Below are positions 51,263 to 64,000 of a DNA stretch of 64,000 nucleotides, one piece after another. Within the stretch, counting starts at the first letter, position 1, and the number at the start of each line of letters is the position of its first letter. The DNA lies in the NCBI RefSeq assembly GCF_001194135.2, contig NC_068982.1:163357755-163421754 (forward strand), in the 5' to 3' direction. Made by a program: the position numbers and the translations under genes. The notes beneath the pieces were generated by a model. That model was not told where the DNA came from and made no database searches. It worked only from the letters and a program-made list of their open reading frames with translations. The DNA comes from Octopus bimaculoides. Lineage: Eukaryota.

Positions 51263-52988
51263 GTAAGTCTGTTGCCCTAGCTTCATACTCCATCAATTTA
51301 GTAATTTCTTAAGGATGGTTAAGACTCAGGAAAGTCTAAAGCTGTCAGTTTTGAGCCTTTACACTACAGAACAACACTTTAGCTATACTGTGATATTATC
51401 ATTAGCAGAGTGTTGTGTTGTTGATAAAAGATCTATAGTAAATTTGAAGTTCAAGTAGATAGAAAGGTCTATGAGAAAACTGTCACCTTCTCTCATGAAT
51501 CAGTTGCTTCAATTTATTGTTCTTCATCCTACTTATCACATTATCTCACCACAACTGAACTTCATCCAGAAATACATCATTCCTTTACTTCCTGCTGTCG
51601 TCTTTCAGATGCTTGATTTGTTGATTACATGTCTTCTGGCTACCAGTGTAGCTAATCTTAAACAGATTCTTTATAATTTACTATGGGAGAGAATTAGTCA
51701 AGAGAACAGACCTACAACAGTGTTTGATGTGACAATATACTTGCGAAGTCTTCATCAACCCAAGAGAATGATTTCCTGTAAGAGGAGAGTTATTTCTGGT
51801 TCAGTAAACTACCCCAACAAACACAGCAGTAAATTTTATGAATCAGATATAAAGAGCAGTTGCCTAACCGTACCTTACCTATACCATCTTAATTGGTTGA
51901 GTTTTATTCTGACAGTCCTAGATACATCAATATTTAACACTTGTAAGACAGAGAAATAATAGGGAAGATTTAAGTCATCACTGACATCATCATCATCAAT
52001 TACAATTTAACGCATGGTTAGCAGACGATACTGGATAACAGTACAAGACCCGAAGAAAGCTCTTCGCATGCTTTCTTGATATATATTGAAATATGACCAT
52101 GCTGGGGAACCTCTTTGAAGGCTTTACTTGATCAAATCAACAAACCCAGTACTTATTTTTTGAAATTTAGTACTTACTCTATCAATCTCTTTTGCCAATT
52201 CATTAAGTTACAAGGATATAAACAAACCAACACCACTTGTCAAGCTGTGTTGGAAGACAAACACAAAAACACACACACACACAACAGGTTTTCACACAGT
52301 TTCCGACAATGAAATCCACTCACAAGGCTATAGTAAAAGGCACTTGACCAAGGTGCTGTGCAGTGGGACTGAACCCAAAACACATGGTTGCAAAGTGAGC
52401 TTCTTAACCACATAGCCAAACCTATATATATGTGTGTGTGTGTGTGGAGGGGATATATTGAAGCTGGTAATATATGTCATTGCAGTTGTTTAGTTCCACG
52501 TCATCTTTCATACAACAGACCCTATGATCAAGGTTATAAAAAACATGAACACTGTCTTTTTTCCAGACTACATCATCCAATGTATATTCTTTGCTTTTTA
52601 AAAAGATAGGAAGTGATTTGTGAGAGCTTTAGGTGTTATTTCTAGCAGCTGAAGAGACTATATAGAGCTTCCTATTTTTCAAGCTTGTGGTAGTAAATGT
52701 TTGTGAGAGGAGTCTCTTAACATTACGTTTTGTCATAAAGATTGTGACTGCCGATATTATAAGGAAACCATCAGATGAAGATTCCTAAATTCATAAAAAG
52801 CAGTTAACATTTCTATTTTAATTATATTCAAACTTCAAATAAATTCCTTTGTCTGACTAATCTCAAGGAAAGCTGTTTTTTCTTGTTTCATTATTTTCTT
52901 CAAAATAATAGAAATTAAGTTGATTGCTCTTCATCATGACGTTTAGTATGGGTTCTAATTTTTTCTTTTGTCCTCATTTTATATTTTA

Positions 52989-53136
52989 GTAAAATCAGAA
53001 GAATTTCTAATTTTATGTCTTTTCTCTAAAATAATAATTCCACCACCAGTGATGGAATATTATATTCCATCTCTGGTGGTGGTGAAATTATTATTTAGAG
53101 AAATGATATAAAATTAGAAATTCTTCTAATTTTAAC
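52989..53136. repeat. ~150-bp palindrome (MITE-like)
   Basis: aaaatcagaagaatttctaattttatgtc...ccaccaccagtgatggaata is mirrored around ~53061. Confidence 0.9.
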
Positions 53137-53562
53137 GACTTTCCCCTCCCTGCTGTGGCCCACCTCCACCTCAAAACAACAACAAACAAACCCTTCCAAA
53201 ACAAGAACAAAAGCAACTCAAAATCCACTAAATGTCATTATTTATTGGTTGTTCTTTGTTTTTGTTAAATGAAAGGTTTATTTTGGAACATTCCTTTGAT
53301 ATTGCCCGGCTAATTCATTGAAGGCCTGAAGTAGTTTAGCCCTAATTTTGTGATGGGCTAATTAGAACTGTTGATGATGGTATTCCCTTCATAGAGGCTT
53401 TCTTTGGCCTCATAGCTAGAGGTCCCTTGATTGAAGTGACAACAGCTCATTAGATGTACCTTTAATGTGGATTGAAACAGAAACAAATCAACAATAACCG
53501 GAAACAACAATAAAAAAAAAATACTGGTCGATTAGAGGTTGTAGTGAAATTTAATTGTAGAG

Positions 53563-53642
53563 AGGAAGAAGAAGAAGAAGAAGAAGAAGAAGAAGAAGAA
53601 GAAGAAGAAGAAGAAAAAGAAGAAGAAGAAGAAGAAGAAGAA
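53563..53642. repeat. (GAA)n microsatellite
   Basis: Seen directly. Confidence 0.95.
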
Positions 53643-56600
53643 TACAAGAGGATGACAAAAATAGACAAGAGGTGGGGAGAAGAACACGAAAAGAGAAAAG
53701 AAAATATATAAAAATAAGAGTGAAGACAAGAAATTGTAAAAATAAATCTAATTTTCTTGTCTTCTTTTCAGAGTTTCAGTGTAAAGAATAAAAACATTGG
53801 TGTTACAAAGTCACAGTTGGATGGCAGAGCACAAACATCCACACATTCATGCACTCAAGCATGCATATATAAACACTAAACACACACACACACACACAGA
53901 GGGAATGGATTGTGGTATCTGTTCTGCTTATGTACATTTCATTGATGATACTATCTCTGACAGTATCAGCAATGGAAAAAAACCAATGGTAATATAGTTT
54001 CCATGATTTGATTAGAAGATCAACCACGACCATGACCACGATCACCTCCACCACTACTACCACCATGACCACAATTGCGATCTCCAACATGGTTTGGTTT
54101 TGTAGATGAGAATTCAGGGAGGGGGCTGCCTATGTCAGTTGCTTGCAAGTGGCTGACAAAACTTATACAGAACAAGCAGCAACCCTGACTGAAAGGAAAA
54201 TTCTATTTCAGATTTAGTACATCTGTGTCCTAGTTCTTCCATCTCTTTGTTCCTAAAACCAGTGCTGCTTGCATTCTTGAAAGACAAGGTGACAGTTGGG
54301 TGAATGGTGTGTCACCACTCTCTATTAAAATGACCGATGATTAAAGGTATTTAAGCCACAACAATACAACTGTGTCAGTGTATAAATGTGGTCTTCTAGT
54401 GGACATTATCAAGAGAAAATGTCTGCAAGAGATGGCTGTAGTGGTTCCCTATCAATGTGATACATGACAAGTCAGAAGATCTTTATAACAAAACTTTGTT
54501 CATCCAAAAAGTGTTCCAGCAGAAATGGAAAGAGAAGAATACGCTGACTATATGCCATGTTTATTGATCTGGCCAAAAAAATTTGATATAAAAATATAAT
54601 GAATGAAAGTATCAGGAAATCTATCACTCACTAAAGTTTGAATAGCAATGTAAAAACCTAAGCATTTAATGTAAAGAGACCAGTGCTTAGCTTTGGTTTA
54701 TAACATCTGAAATAAAAAATTCCCCTTGTTCCCTTAATTTTCTTCAGTTAAAATTCCTAGATGATCTCTATTACCATCTGGTAAACGTTTACCAACAGCT
54801 AAGTACAAGTGAGGAATGTAGGTTAAAGTTTACTACCCAAATACAAAAAAACCCCTCAAAAACCCCAAAACAACAGACTTTGTTTACTCCCACATTTATA
54901 TGGAACTGCACAACTTGTATTGAAAAGATCTTTTTGTTTATTGTCATCTTATATTGAAATGGAATTTACAGGACTTACTATGTCAGATATTGATTCTATC
55001 ACTACTGCTACCAACATCTAAACCATTGTCTGCAATCCCACTGCAACTCTGGATACCATTTTAATAATCCCTTTTAATTACAAATGTTTACAAAGATACC
55101 CTACCCTACACCAGTAAACCTAGGTTTTCACATTTGTTATTCTCTTGACATTATTTGTCTTTATTCTTTGCCTGTAAGGTGCCATGTGGAAGAAGACCCT
55201 AGAGATATGAGCCTTTGTAAAAACCCATAGCTTTTAGTAATGGTATCATTGAAGCTAAAAGATATTTCACTCAATGAGCATCTAATCTTTTCACTGGATT
55301 CTTTTAGTCTCTTGGGTGATGAGAAGCAGTATGATGGTTGATTTTCCTCTTACAAATAATCTCAGACCCTTTACAAAACAGATATTATATCAAAGTAGTG
55401 TTCTACGAACCATTTTATAACAGATTTATACTTTTAATGATATAAAAAAAAAATGAAAATAAAAATCTCATTACAACAAACAGTGTATTGTAATTCCCAA
55501 ACAGAAATTTCTCAACGATTATATTTGCCAATGAATTCAATCTAATAGCCATCACAGAGTATTCAATAGTGCCACAAGTCATCACACAGCTATCAATAGG
55601 GCTAATAATCAGCATACAGTTATCAGTAGTGCCCAGCTTTCGAAGAGAGTTTTCTTTTTTAATTGTCAGATCTATTTTATGTTTTAGCATGATTCGTGAG
55701 TGAAGAAAAGGAATTTAATCGAATTCTCAATAAAATTTCTCAACCACCATGTTTTCATAATCATACCTTAATTGATATTCTGGTTTCCTCACAGGACCTT
55801 AGATATATAATCAAATTCTTGACAGCAAGACTTAATTTAAAACTCAAATACAAATTTAATTTCCCAGCTCTTTCAAAGTGTTGCATAACTGAAAAGGCAG
55901 ATAAAAGAGCTTCCAAATTAATAGGGAAACCATTCTGACTTCTGTGGTCAGTTTCACTCAACTGAGTTTATTACATGGCATCACTGGTGTTGTGAGGTTA
56001 ATGTCAGTACTTGATGTGTAGCTTACCATCACTTTAGATTTATAGTTTACTTCTATTTTCTCTGCTGTTCAAGCCACCATTAGATAAGGCTTGTGGAAAC
56101 AATGTGTCAAAAGTATAGTGTCCCTTTAGGGTGGCAGTTCTTAAACATTAATATGATGATGGGTGCTGTTTTATTTATTAGATTTCCTCAGTGAAGTATA
56201 TACAGTCTTATTAGAACTTGTCAGACCTTAGGTGACTGAAATTTTGTGTAAATAACATTCATAGTAATTACCTCCAGTAAATGTTACAACATGCTTCTAC
56301 TAGGCTTGTTTTCAGTTGTCTTCTTGGGTGATGGAGAAAACAAATAATGAAAATCTGGAGTAAGAATTCTGAAATATTGAAATACTGCAGCAAATCTTGA
56401 AATACAAGTAAAGAGAGGGTTTGCTGAGGCAGAGTAGATGCTATACTGAATTAATTGAGTGACTGTACATATATGTATATANNNNNNNNNNNNNNNNNNN
56501 NNNNNNNNNNNNNNNNNNNNNNNNNNNNNNNNNNNNNNNNNNNNNNNNNNNNNNNNNNNNNNNNNNNNNNNNNNNNNNNNNNNNNNNNNNNNNNNNNNNN

Positions 56601-56718
56601 NNNNNNNNNNNNNNNNNNNNNNNNNNNNNNNNNNNNNNNNNNNNNNNNNNNNNNNNNNNNNNNNNNNNNNNNNNNNNNNNNNNNNNNNNNNNNNNNNNNN
56701 NNNNNNNNNNNNNNNNNN

Positions 56719-56761
<43 letters not shown>

Positions 56762-57071
56762 GCAGGGCCTTTAAAGCAACGAATAGAATGTGTTGCAATA
56801 TTCTGGCTTTCTGTGCCCTGTCTTACAATTCCACCAAATTCAAGTTTGCCTTTTATCTTTTGGGGTTGATAAATAAGACTATCAGTCCAACATTGGCTTA
56901 GACCTCTCTCCCTTTCATATCCAAGATATTCAGCTGGATCAAGAATGGGAGAGCCAAGACTGTGTCTGTTTCTACTTGTAACTATGTGACCACCTAAAAC
57001 AGTTAGTGAAAGTATGGTGCATGTTACCAAGCTGTCCATGATTGCAAGTTATGGCCATATTAACTATGTCT

Positions 57072-57593
57072 GTCTTCCTGTCTTACTTGTTTCAGTAATT
57101 GGACTGTGGCCATGCTGGGACACTGCCTTGAAGAGTTTAGTTGAACAAATCATTTCTTCTTCTTCTTCTTATTATTATTATTATTAACCTGGTGCTTATT
57201 CTGTCTCCTCTGCAAAACTATTAAGGCTCAGTATTAACTGAACAGACACACATACCCTTAATGTAGTTCTCAGGAAGATTCAGCATGATACAAAATGTGA
57301 CAAGAGTGGCCCTTTGAAATACAGGTACAACTCATTTCCTCCAGCTGAGTGGACTAAGTATCTTGCTCAAGGACACAATGCACTGCCAGGAATCATATTC
57401 ACAACTTAATGATCACGAGTTGAATACCCTAACCATTAAGCCATGTGCCTTCACCTACACATCTACATATATGATGGGCTTCCGCATAGTTTCTGTCTAC
57501 CAAATTCACTCACAAAGTCCTACTTAGTGGGACTGAACGTGAAACGATGTGATGGTGAAGCAAACTTCTTAACCACACAACTATACATGTGCC
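57072..57593 (-). mobile_element. SINE family B with a nested family D SINE (57295-57455)
   Basis: The family B tail (cttgtttcagt...ggccatgctgg) and head (cttcttaaccacaca) flank cagctgagtggact...cttgctcaaggacacaa...ctaaccattaagcc. Confidence 0.65.
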
Positions 57594-60500
57594 TATATTT
57601 ACTATTATTATCATTTGTTTGTCTGTTTTTCCAATACTTGGCCTGGATGGGCTTTGCGTGTGTGTGTCTGTGTGCGTGTGTGTGTGTGTGTGTGTACATA
57701 CACACACATGTACAAAAGATGTAAAATTTAATAAAAAGTTGTGAATTATCTGATTTTCTTTCAATGTTTTATCGAAAGTTCCTTATTTTTGGGGTAGTTT
57801 TTCAAGCAATGCACCACTCAATATTTTTTCTTTTCTTCTGAATAAAGTAAAATTTAAAAACAAAAGAAACTGAAAGAAAAAAGAAAGTAAAGAAAGTTTT
57901 CTTGATAATTTCAGGTTCGTTTTCTTTTTCCTTTTATTTTCTTGAGAGAGCCAGTAAGTTAGGTAAATGTAAATTTCCGTAAGGTATTTCCTTATCAGAT
58001 CAAAGATAATAATCGATATGTACAAACTGATTACATTTCAGATAAACAGATAAATAATTACAAAAGGGAAAAAAAAATTCTTAATAATAAATATGTAAAA
58101 GAAGAAAAATAAAATTAAAAATCAAATGGTAAAAATAAAGGAAAACAGAAAAGAAAATGCAGCAACCAGACTTTTGACCTCCACCTGCCTACCAAAACAT
58201 ACTAATCACCTGTCTATTTTATTTTTTTGAAGAATTTAACATTTCAGATATTTCATCAGAGTCTAAGTTGTGTTTGAAAGTAATATCTTTATATTTTCAT
58301 TGCATGTGATGAATCAACAAAGTTTCTTTTTAGTAATGGCTAACTTAACACTAGTCACATGAAACTCACCAATATAGGAGTGTATACAAAGGTCATAAGT
58401 ACTGTCCTTTCTCATCTGACTAAACATGTTAACAGAATTAAAAAAAAAAAAAATTTAATGTTTCTTAACCCTTGAGGAGCTCTTAAGAACTGGTCTTAGA
58501 GATAAACATCAATTTGGAAATGTGCCAGTCTAGTTGGAGTATGAATTCTAGATTTTCAACAACCTATTCCTATCAGTTAAAATTCATAGAAATAAAACAA
58601 AACACTAAGTGATTTCCAATATATTGTAATGTAATATTTTTTAAGAATAACATTACGTCAAGATATGTTGAAAGTTGCTTCATTAAAAGTGCTTTTTTTT
58701 ATATTTTTTATTTTTTTATTTGAAGCCATGTAAAGTATTCTAGAAGCCTAATTGTGGAGTGAATAACATTTTGGATTATTGAATTAATCACTCGTAGGTC
58801 CTGAGTTTAAATCCACCCCAGATATTTCTGTTATATGTTTGTAAGGTACCTTTAACTCTGATGGGCTTTAGTCCACATTAGCTGATCTTGTTTAATGCCC
58901 AGTCAAACTTGATAAAGCAGACCTATGATGAAAGATCTTATGGTCAAAGCCAGAATTTTTTCATAGCAGATTCAAGGAACCCATGCTAGCATGGAAAGCG
59001 GACGTTAAACGATGATGATGATGATGATGATGCATTGATTTCCTTGTTAGCTGTGATTTGATAAAACTGATGCACTTAATACAATCATCATAATTTTAAT
59101 GTTTTTTCATAGGTTGGATGTGTATGTGGTACAACACATTCCCACTCATTGGGATCCTTTTGTGAGATCCAGAATCCCAAGATCTCAGCTCATAATATTT
59201 TTTATGCCTACTTGTGAAGATGACCTGTCTGGGAAATAAGCACTCATGATAATATGGCAGGATATTCTATTTCCTACACAATAGTAAGGAGGTTCCGTAT
59301 GTTCTAATAAAGGTAGCTAGTCTAGGAGGACAGCTACTCCAAAATAAGATCAATAAATGATAAAAAGAGGCGTGTGTCTCAACAAAATTTCTAGTGCGAG
59401 TACCAATATGTTCTGACTATTCAGTGTGTGCTTGGCAATAAAAAGGCAAGCATCCAAGCATAAACTGCAATAAAATGAAATATGACGAATGCTGAATCAA
59501 GTACTTTGAGAATTGCAATATGCTATATTTTACATCCTGTTTGATCCATGACAGCATGAGATGATGATAATGATGATGCTGTTATAAGTTTATTTTTCTG
59601 AGCATGGTTATAGGTGATTTCAGTGACATCATTGACATCTGTTAGATTGTATTGAGGGTGCTGTGCTTACTGTCAGAAGACAGAGTTTATAAAAATGCCA
59701 TGTAGTTATTGTTTAGGCACAGATCACCTCCAATCAAGTGAAACTAAAATTGAAGGCACACTAGCCATAAGCATTATGTCTGTTTTTCACATATCTCAGA
59801 CTACATATCAAAATGTGTTCTTTCTTTTAATTAGGATAGTAAGATGCGATTTGGTAGTTATTTGGCTGCTATCTTCAGCAGGTTAAATGGCTTTGTTGAT
59901 TGGTGGAGATGTCATTAATTTTACAGTAGTGAGGTCACTCCCTGATCTCACTATTAGATAGAAACAATATTAGTGACTGAATTGTTGAAATTAAACAGCT
60001 AACATCAGCTATACTATAAGACAACCATAGGAGACATTAGTTGTTGATGTAGTTTGACTTCAACTCAGTTTGAATCAAGCAGTTCCATCATCGAAAGGGC
60101 TCCGTCCAGGACTATCCTATCATTTTAGGGATATCAGGGACTATATTATCTTGTATGTCACTCCTCTTCTTTAAAGATAATAAAGTGTGATTTGAAAGTG
60201 ATTTGTCTGCTATTTCTACCAAATTGAGTGATATCAGAAGCTCCCAAACTCTATTTTAAGGTCATTGACCTTTATATTAAAATAAAATGAGATTTACTAG
60301 CTTAACTGTTGAGAGACCAAGCTGACACCCTCTTTCTCCATGTATAGTTAAATAAAGGTGATACTGCTGTCCTTAAGGTTAGTTCATACTATCCCCCTTG
60401 TTATTGAACTTGATGATTATAGCATCAAATATCAAGGAACTACAATTTACACTGCACAATATTAGTAAAAAATAAACCCAGATGCCAGACTTGAGACATT

Positions 60501-61813
60501 ATTAAATGGAAATAGAATAAATATAAGTAATGAGGAATATCTATGTCTAAAAAACAGAGTTAGTGTGTGTGTGTGTGTGTTGTGTCTTGCGTATGTTCCT
60601 TGTGGATTTGAAAACTGAGTTGCCAATTTTGATGTATGAGGTATCAAAAGATTCAGTAATCTTTCAGCTACCAAATAAAGTATGTCTTTTGTACAATAAC
60701 TTTTTTACTACAAAAATAACCTTGTAAACGAGGTTGGGTCGCATAATTTTGAGGTCATTTTCGGGCAATATTTAGATTTGCTTCTAATCTACATTGCAAA
60801 TTTTAATGCTTTTGGAGTCAAAAAATGTAACAATGTACAAGAAGTGTTATAAGTGCATTTGTGATGCACAAAACCCTATTTGTCAACAGAAAATGACCAA
60901 AAAAAAACATGCTTTTTTGGTGCATTTTCCATACCACCCACTTCCACTTCTTTTTTTTTCCCAAAAAATTTNNNNNNNNNNNNNNNNNNNNNNNNNNNNN
61001 NNNNNNNNNNNNNNNNNNNNNNNNNNNNNNAAAGAATATAATTTTGCCCAAAAATTATGTTTTCAAAATTTTGATTTCCCCCCCTCCCCACCCCAATTTC
61101 TTAATTCTTGATTTATTTTCGAATTTTTTGTTTTTAATCCACATAAAGAATATAGAGATTAAGAAACTGGAAATTTTTTTTTTTTTCTAAATTTTAATTT
61201 TTCTTTAAAGAAACACTCAATGACTCTTCCTCCCTTGCCCATCCATCACCTCCCTGCCTTAAGCATTGTTGGCTTCACTGAACATATGATGAAGTATGCA
61301 GTCAGCTCAAACATTACAGAGATGGCACTTTCACAATGAAGCAACTTTCTTTCCATGTACCTTACCTTCTGCAATATGGATACTTCTATGTCCTCATTTG
61401 GCATCAATTTCTTTACCTCCCAAAGTCTCGATTGCTTACTTTTGCATGTATGCACTCAAAAGCAAAATAAAGTCCTTTTCTTGTGCAACACATTCATATA
61501 CTTTACTTTATTTCTTAGGCTTTCACCGTTCATCAGCCAATAAGCCATACATCACTCCGTTACTACTGCCCCAGCATAAACCATTTATTTTCATGAAGCA
61601 CAGCAACCTTATACATTTATGCCAAACTGCCCACATCACCAATCCTGTTTACTCATATCCTTATGTATGTACATATACATACAGTCCAAAAAGTCCTTTT
61701 TTCATTCTCAACATTGATATAAACTGATACAAAATATGCTTGCAGAAAACCATAATACTTTTGAACATGGCCTTTTGATTGGGGAAGCTAATGTATATGT
61801 GTGTTTTTCACAG

Positions 61814-61837
61814 TTATCAACAAATATTATGGGATGG
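61814..61837 (+). CDS. Candidate 24-nt microexon, phase 1-1 (xINKYYGMx)
   Basis: gCTAATgtatatgtgtgtttttcacag| acceptor with a branch-like motif, TGG|gtaaga donor, in-frame length. Confidence 0.4.
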
Positions 61838-62754
61838 GTAAGAACTATTTCAGCTTCTACATTTGTAGCCATGGAATTGAGTTGCCAACATTGCTGTATG
61901 AGATATCAAAAGATTGAGCAATCTTTTGGCTACTGACTTAAAAGTTTTTTGCACAGCAACCCTATTTTACTACAAAAATTAACACCAAAATGAGGCTGGG
62001 TTGCACAATTTTCAGGCCATTTTGGTGGCAATGTTAGGATTTTCTTCTCATCTAAGCTGCCATTGTACATGTTTTTGGTGTAAAAAATTTCAGTATTGTT
62101 CATTAGAAAATGACCGTAAAACATGTTTATAAAGAAAAGTTGTTTGCTTGATACTCCTCATGTATTGATTCTGCCCATAAGAAAGGAACAAATAATATAA
62201 TGTGGCTGTAGGTCATAACACTCAGCAATGCTGGGGTGCATTGCTAGTAAATTATAGATTAAAGATTTGAAAAATATGGAATATGGAAAAAAAACCCCAG
62301 TTTTTGTGTAAATGAATGTGCCAGGGCATTTATTACACATACACATCTCAGTACAGAAAGTAGATACAAAATGATGATGGTAATGCTGATATAAATATAT
62401 ATATATATATATATATATCCAATCTGATATGGCAACATTTCTACAGCTGGATGCCCTTTCTAACACCAACCACTCCGAGAGTGTAGTGGGTGCTTTTTAC
62501 ATGTCACCAGCACAGGAGTGAGTCAGGTGGGCCCGGCATATTGACACCAAAATACTCTGAAATGTTCATATTGGAGCTTCCGGCATGAATGCCAAGTAGT
62601 ACAGCATGTTGTTTCCAAATTTCTGGCAGAGTGAACTGCATTATAGTCCTGTTTTTCTCACAGATGGTGCCCAACTGACACTACTATACTGTGTGGTCAA
62701 CAAAACCAAAAACAAACAATATACATGCGCAAAATTAAAAATATAAATATATAT

Positions 62755-63115
62755 ATATCATCGTCGTTTAATGTCCGTTTTCCATGCTAGAATGGGTTAG
62801 ACGATTTGACTGAGGACTGGTGAACCAGATGGCTACACCAGGCTTCAATCTGATTTAGCAGAGTTTCTACAGCTGGATGCCCTTCCTAACGCCAACCACT
62901 CCGAGAGTGTAGTGGGTGCTTTTACGTGCCANNNNNNNNNNCCACTCCGAGAGTGTAGTGGGTGCTTTTACGTGCCACCGGCACGAAGGCCAGTCAGGCA
63001 GTACTGGCAACGGCTACACTCAAAATGGTGTATTTTATGTGCCACCTGCACAAGAGCCAGTCCAGTGGCACTGGCAACAACTTCGCTAGAATGTCTTTTC
63101 ACGTGCCAGGAATGC
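62755..63115 (-). mobile_element. RTE 3' UTR copy with internal tandem units, spanning a 10-N gap
   Basis: Homologous to 18343-18660. About 35 bp is duplicated on both sides of the gap. Confidence 0.8.
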
Positions 63116-63942
63116 GACGCTGGTATATATAAAGGCAAATGAAAGGGGGTCCAGGAAACAACATTAACCAAAGAATAAATGTGATGCTAGTACTTTCATT
63201 ATTTGCTTGTTTTATACACACACACATACACACACACAGGGTGTGTGTGCATATGTGTGTACATAAATGTCTATGCATGTATGTTTATACATGTCTGTAT
63301 ATTTTTTAGTGTAATCACTTAGCAGCTACTTATTTTGAAACATGTAAATTGTATTAATGCTTTAGCTACTCTAATCGATGTTTTAAGTCTGTTAGACAGA
63401 ACCATCGTAAATGCATAGGGACAATTCCAGATGATGTCTTCACATCTAACTTATAATCGGCATAAAGAATTCTTGTAGAATCAGCCAAAAGAAGAATAAT
63501 AAATAAATATGATAAAACAGATCAACAAAATAAATAAGCAAATACATAAACAAAATAGAGAAGTGACATGAAATAAAATGAATTGGAAAGTATATTTATC
63601 TAGAATTTCTTTAGAGATGGATATGAAACCGATTCTGTATTACACTTCTATTAAAACTAAAGTACATTACATGTGATGATAAGAAAAATATATGGTTACG
63701 TGTGTGAGCATACTTGTGTGTGTGTGTGTATGTGTGTGTGTGCGTGTGTATAAAATTCATACACACGCATGTATGCACATATAGCTAGATATCTACAGGC
63801 ATATAAGCAAAATATATATACACACACACATGCTTTTATCTGTTTATCAATCCATACAGAGATTGGTATATCCATGTATATAAATTTATTGATTCACAGA
63901 TATTCATACACAACTGCACACACAAGTGCATGAATGTGCACA

Positions 63943-64000
<58 letters not shown>

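Noticed and set aside
51471-51959. 162-aa ORF
   Set aside because: No recognisable domain or convincing splice boundaries; compatible with chance or a decayed TE.
53773-53880. Strong acceptor tcttcttttcag followed by SFSVKNKNIG...
   Set aside because: There is no good donor and the frame runs into (CA)n repeats.
62897-62977. 35-bp direct repeat around a 10-N gap
   Set aside because: Most likely an unmerged contig overlap, although the RTE 3' UTR is naturally repetitive.

Overview
AT-rich, microsatellite-dense animal DNA with eight N-gaps. The repeat families (tRNA-SINEs, RTE LINEs with (GAT)n tails, Penelope, mariner, piggyBac MITEs) look like those of an octopus genome; this assignment is inference from recall. 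No complete host gene is recognisable, and the window reads as intronic or intergenic sequence. Best-supported elements: a full-length mariner transposon (16194-17475) with TA TSD, TIRs, two stops and a mutated catalytic Asp; two RTE LINE pieces; a Penelope-like GIY-YIG relic followed by a hammerhead-ribozyme fold; two R4/Dong-like LINE 3' ends; a piggyBac transposase relic; TTAA MITEs; and many SINEs. Most notable observations: four hammerhead-like motifs, at least six long fold-back inverted repeats, a textbook recursive-splice-site motif (AG|GTAAGT) on the minus strand, and several small frame-preserving candidate exons that I could not assign to a protein. Most ORFs in the supplied track are microsatellite or gap artefacts. 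Repeat coordinates are approximate unless termini are stated.
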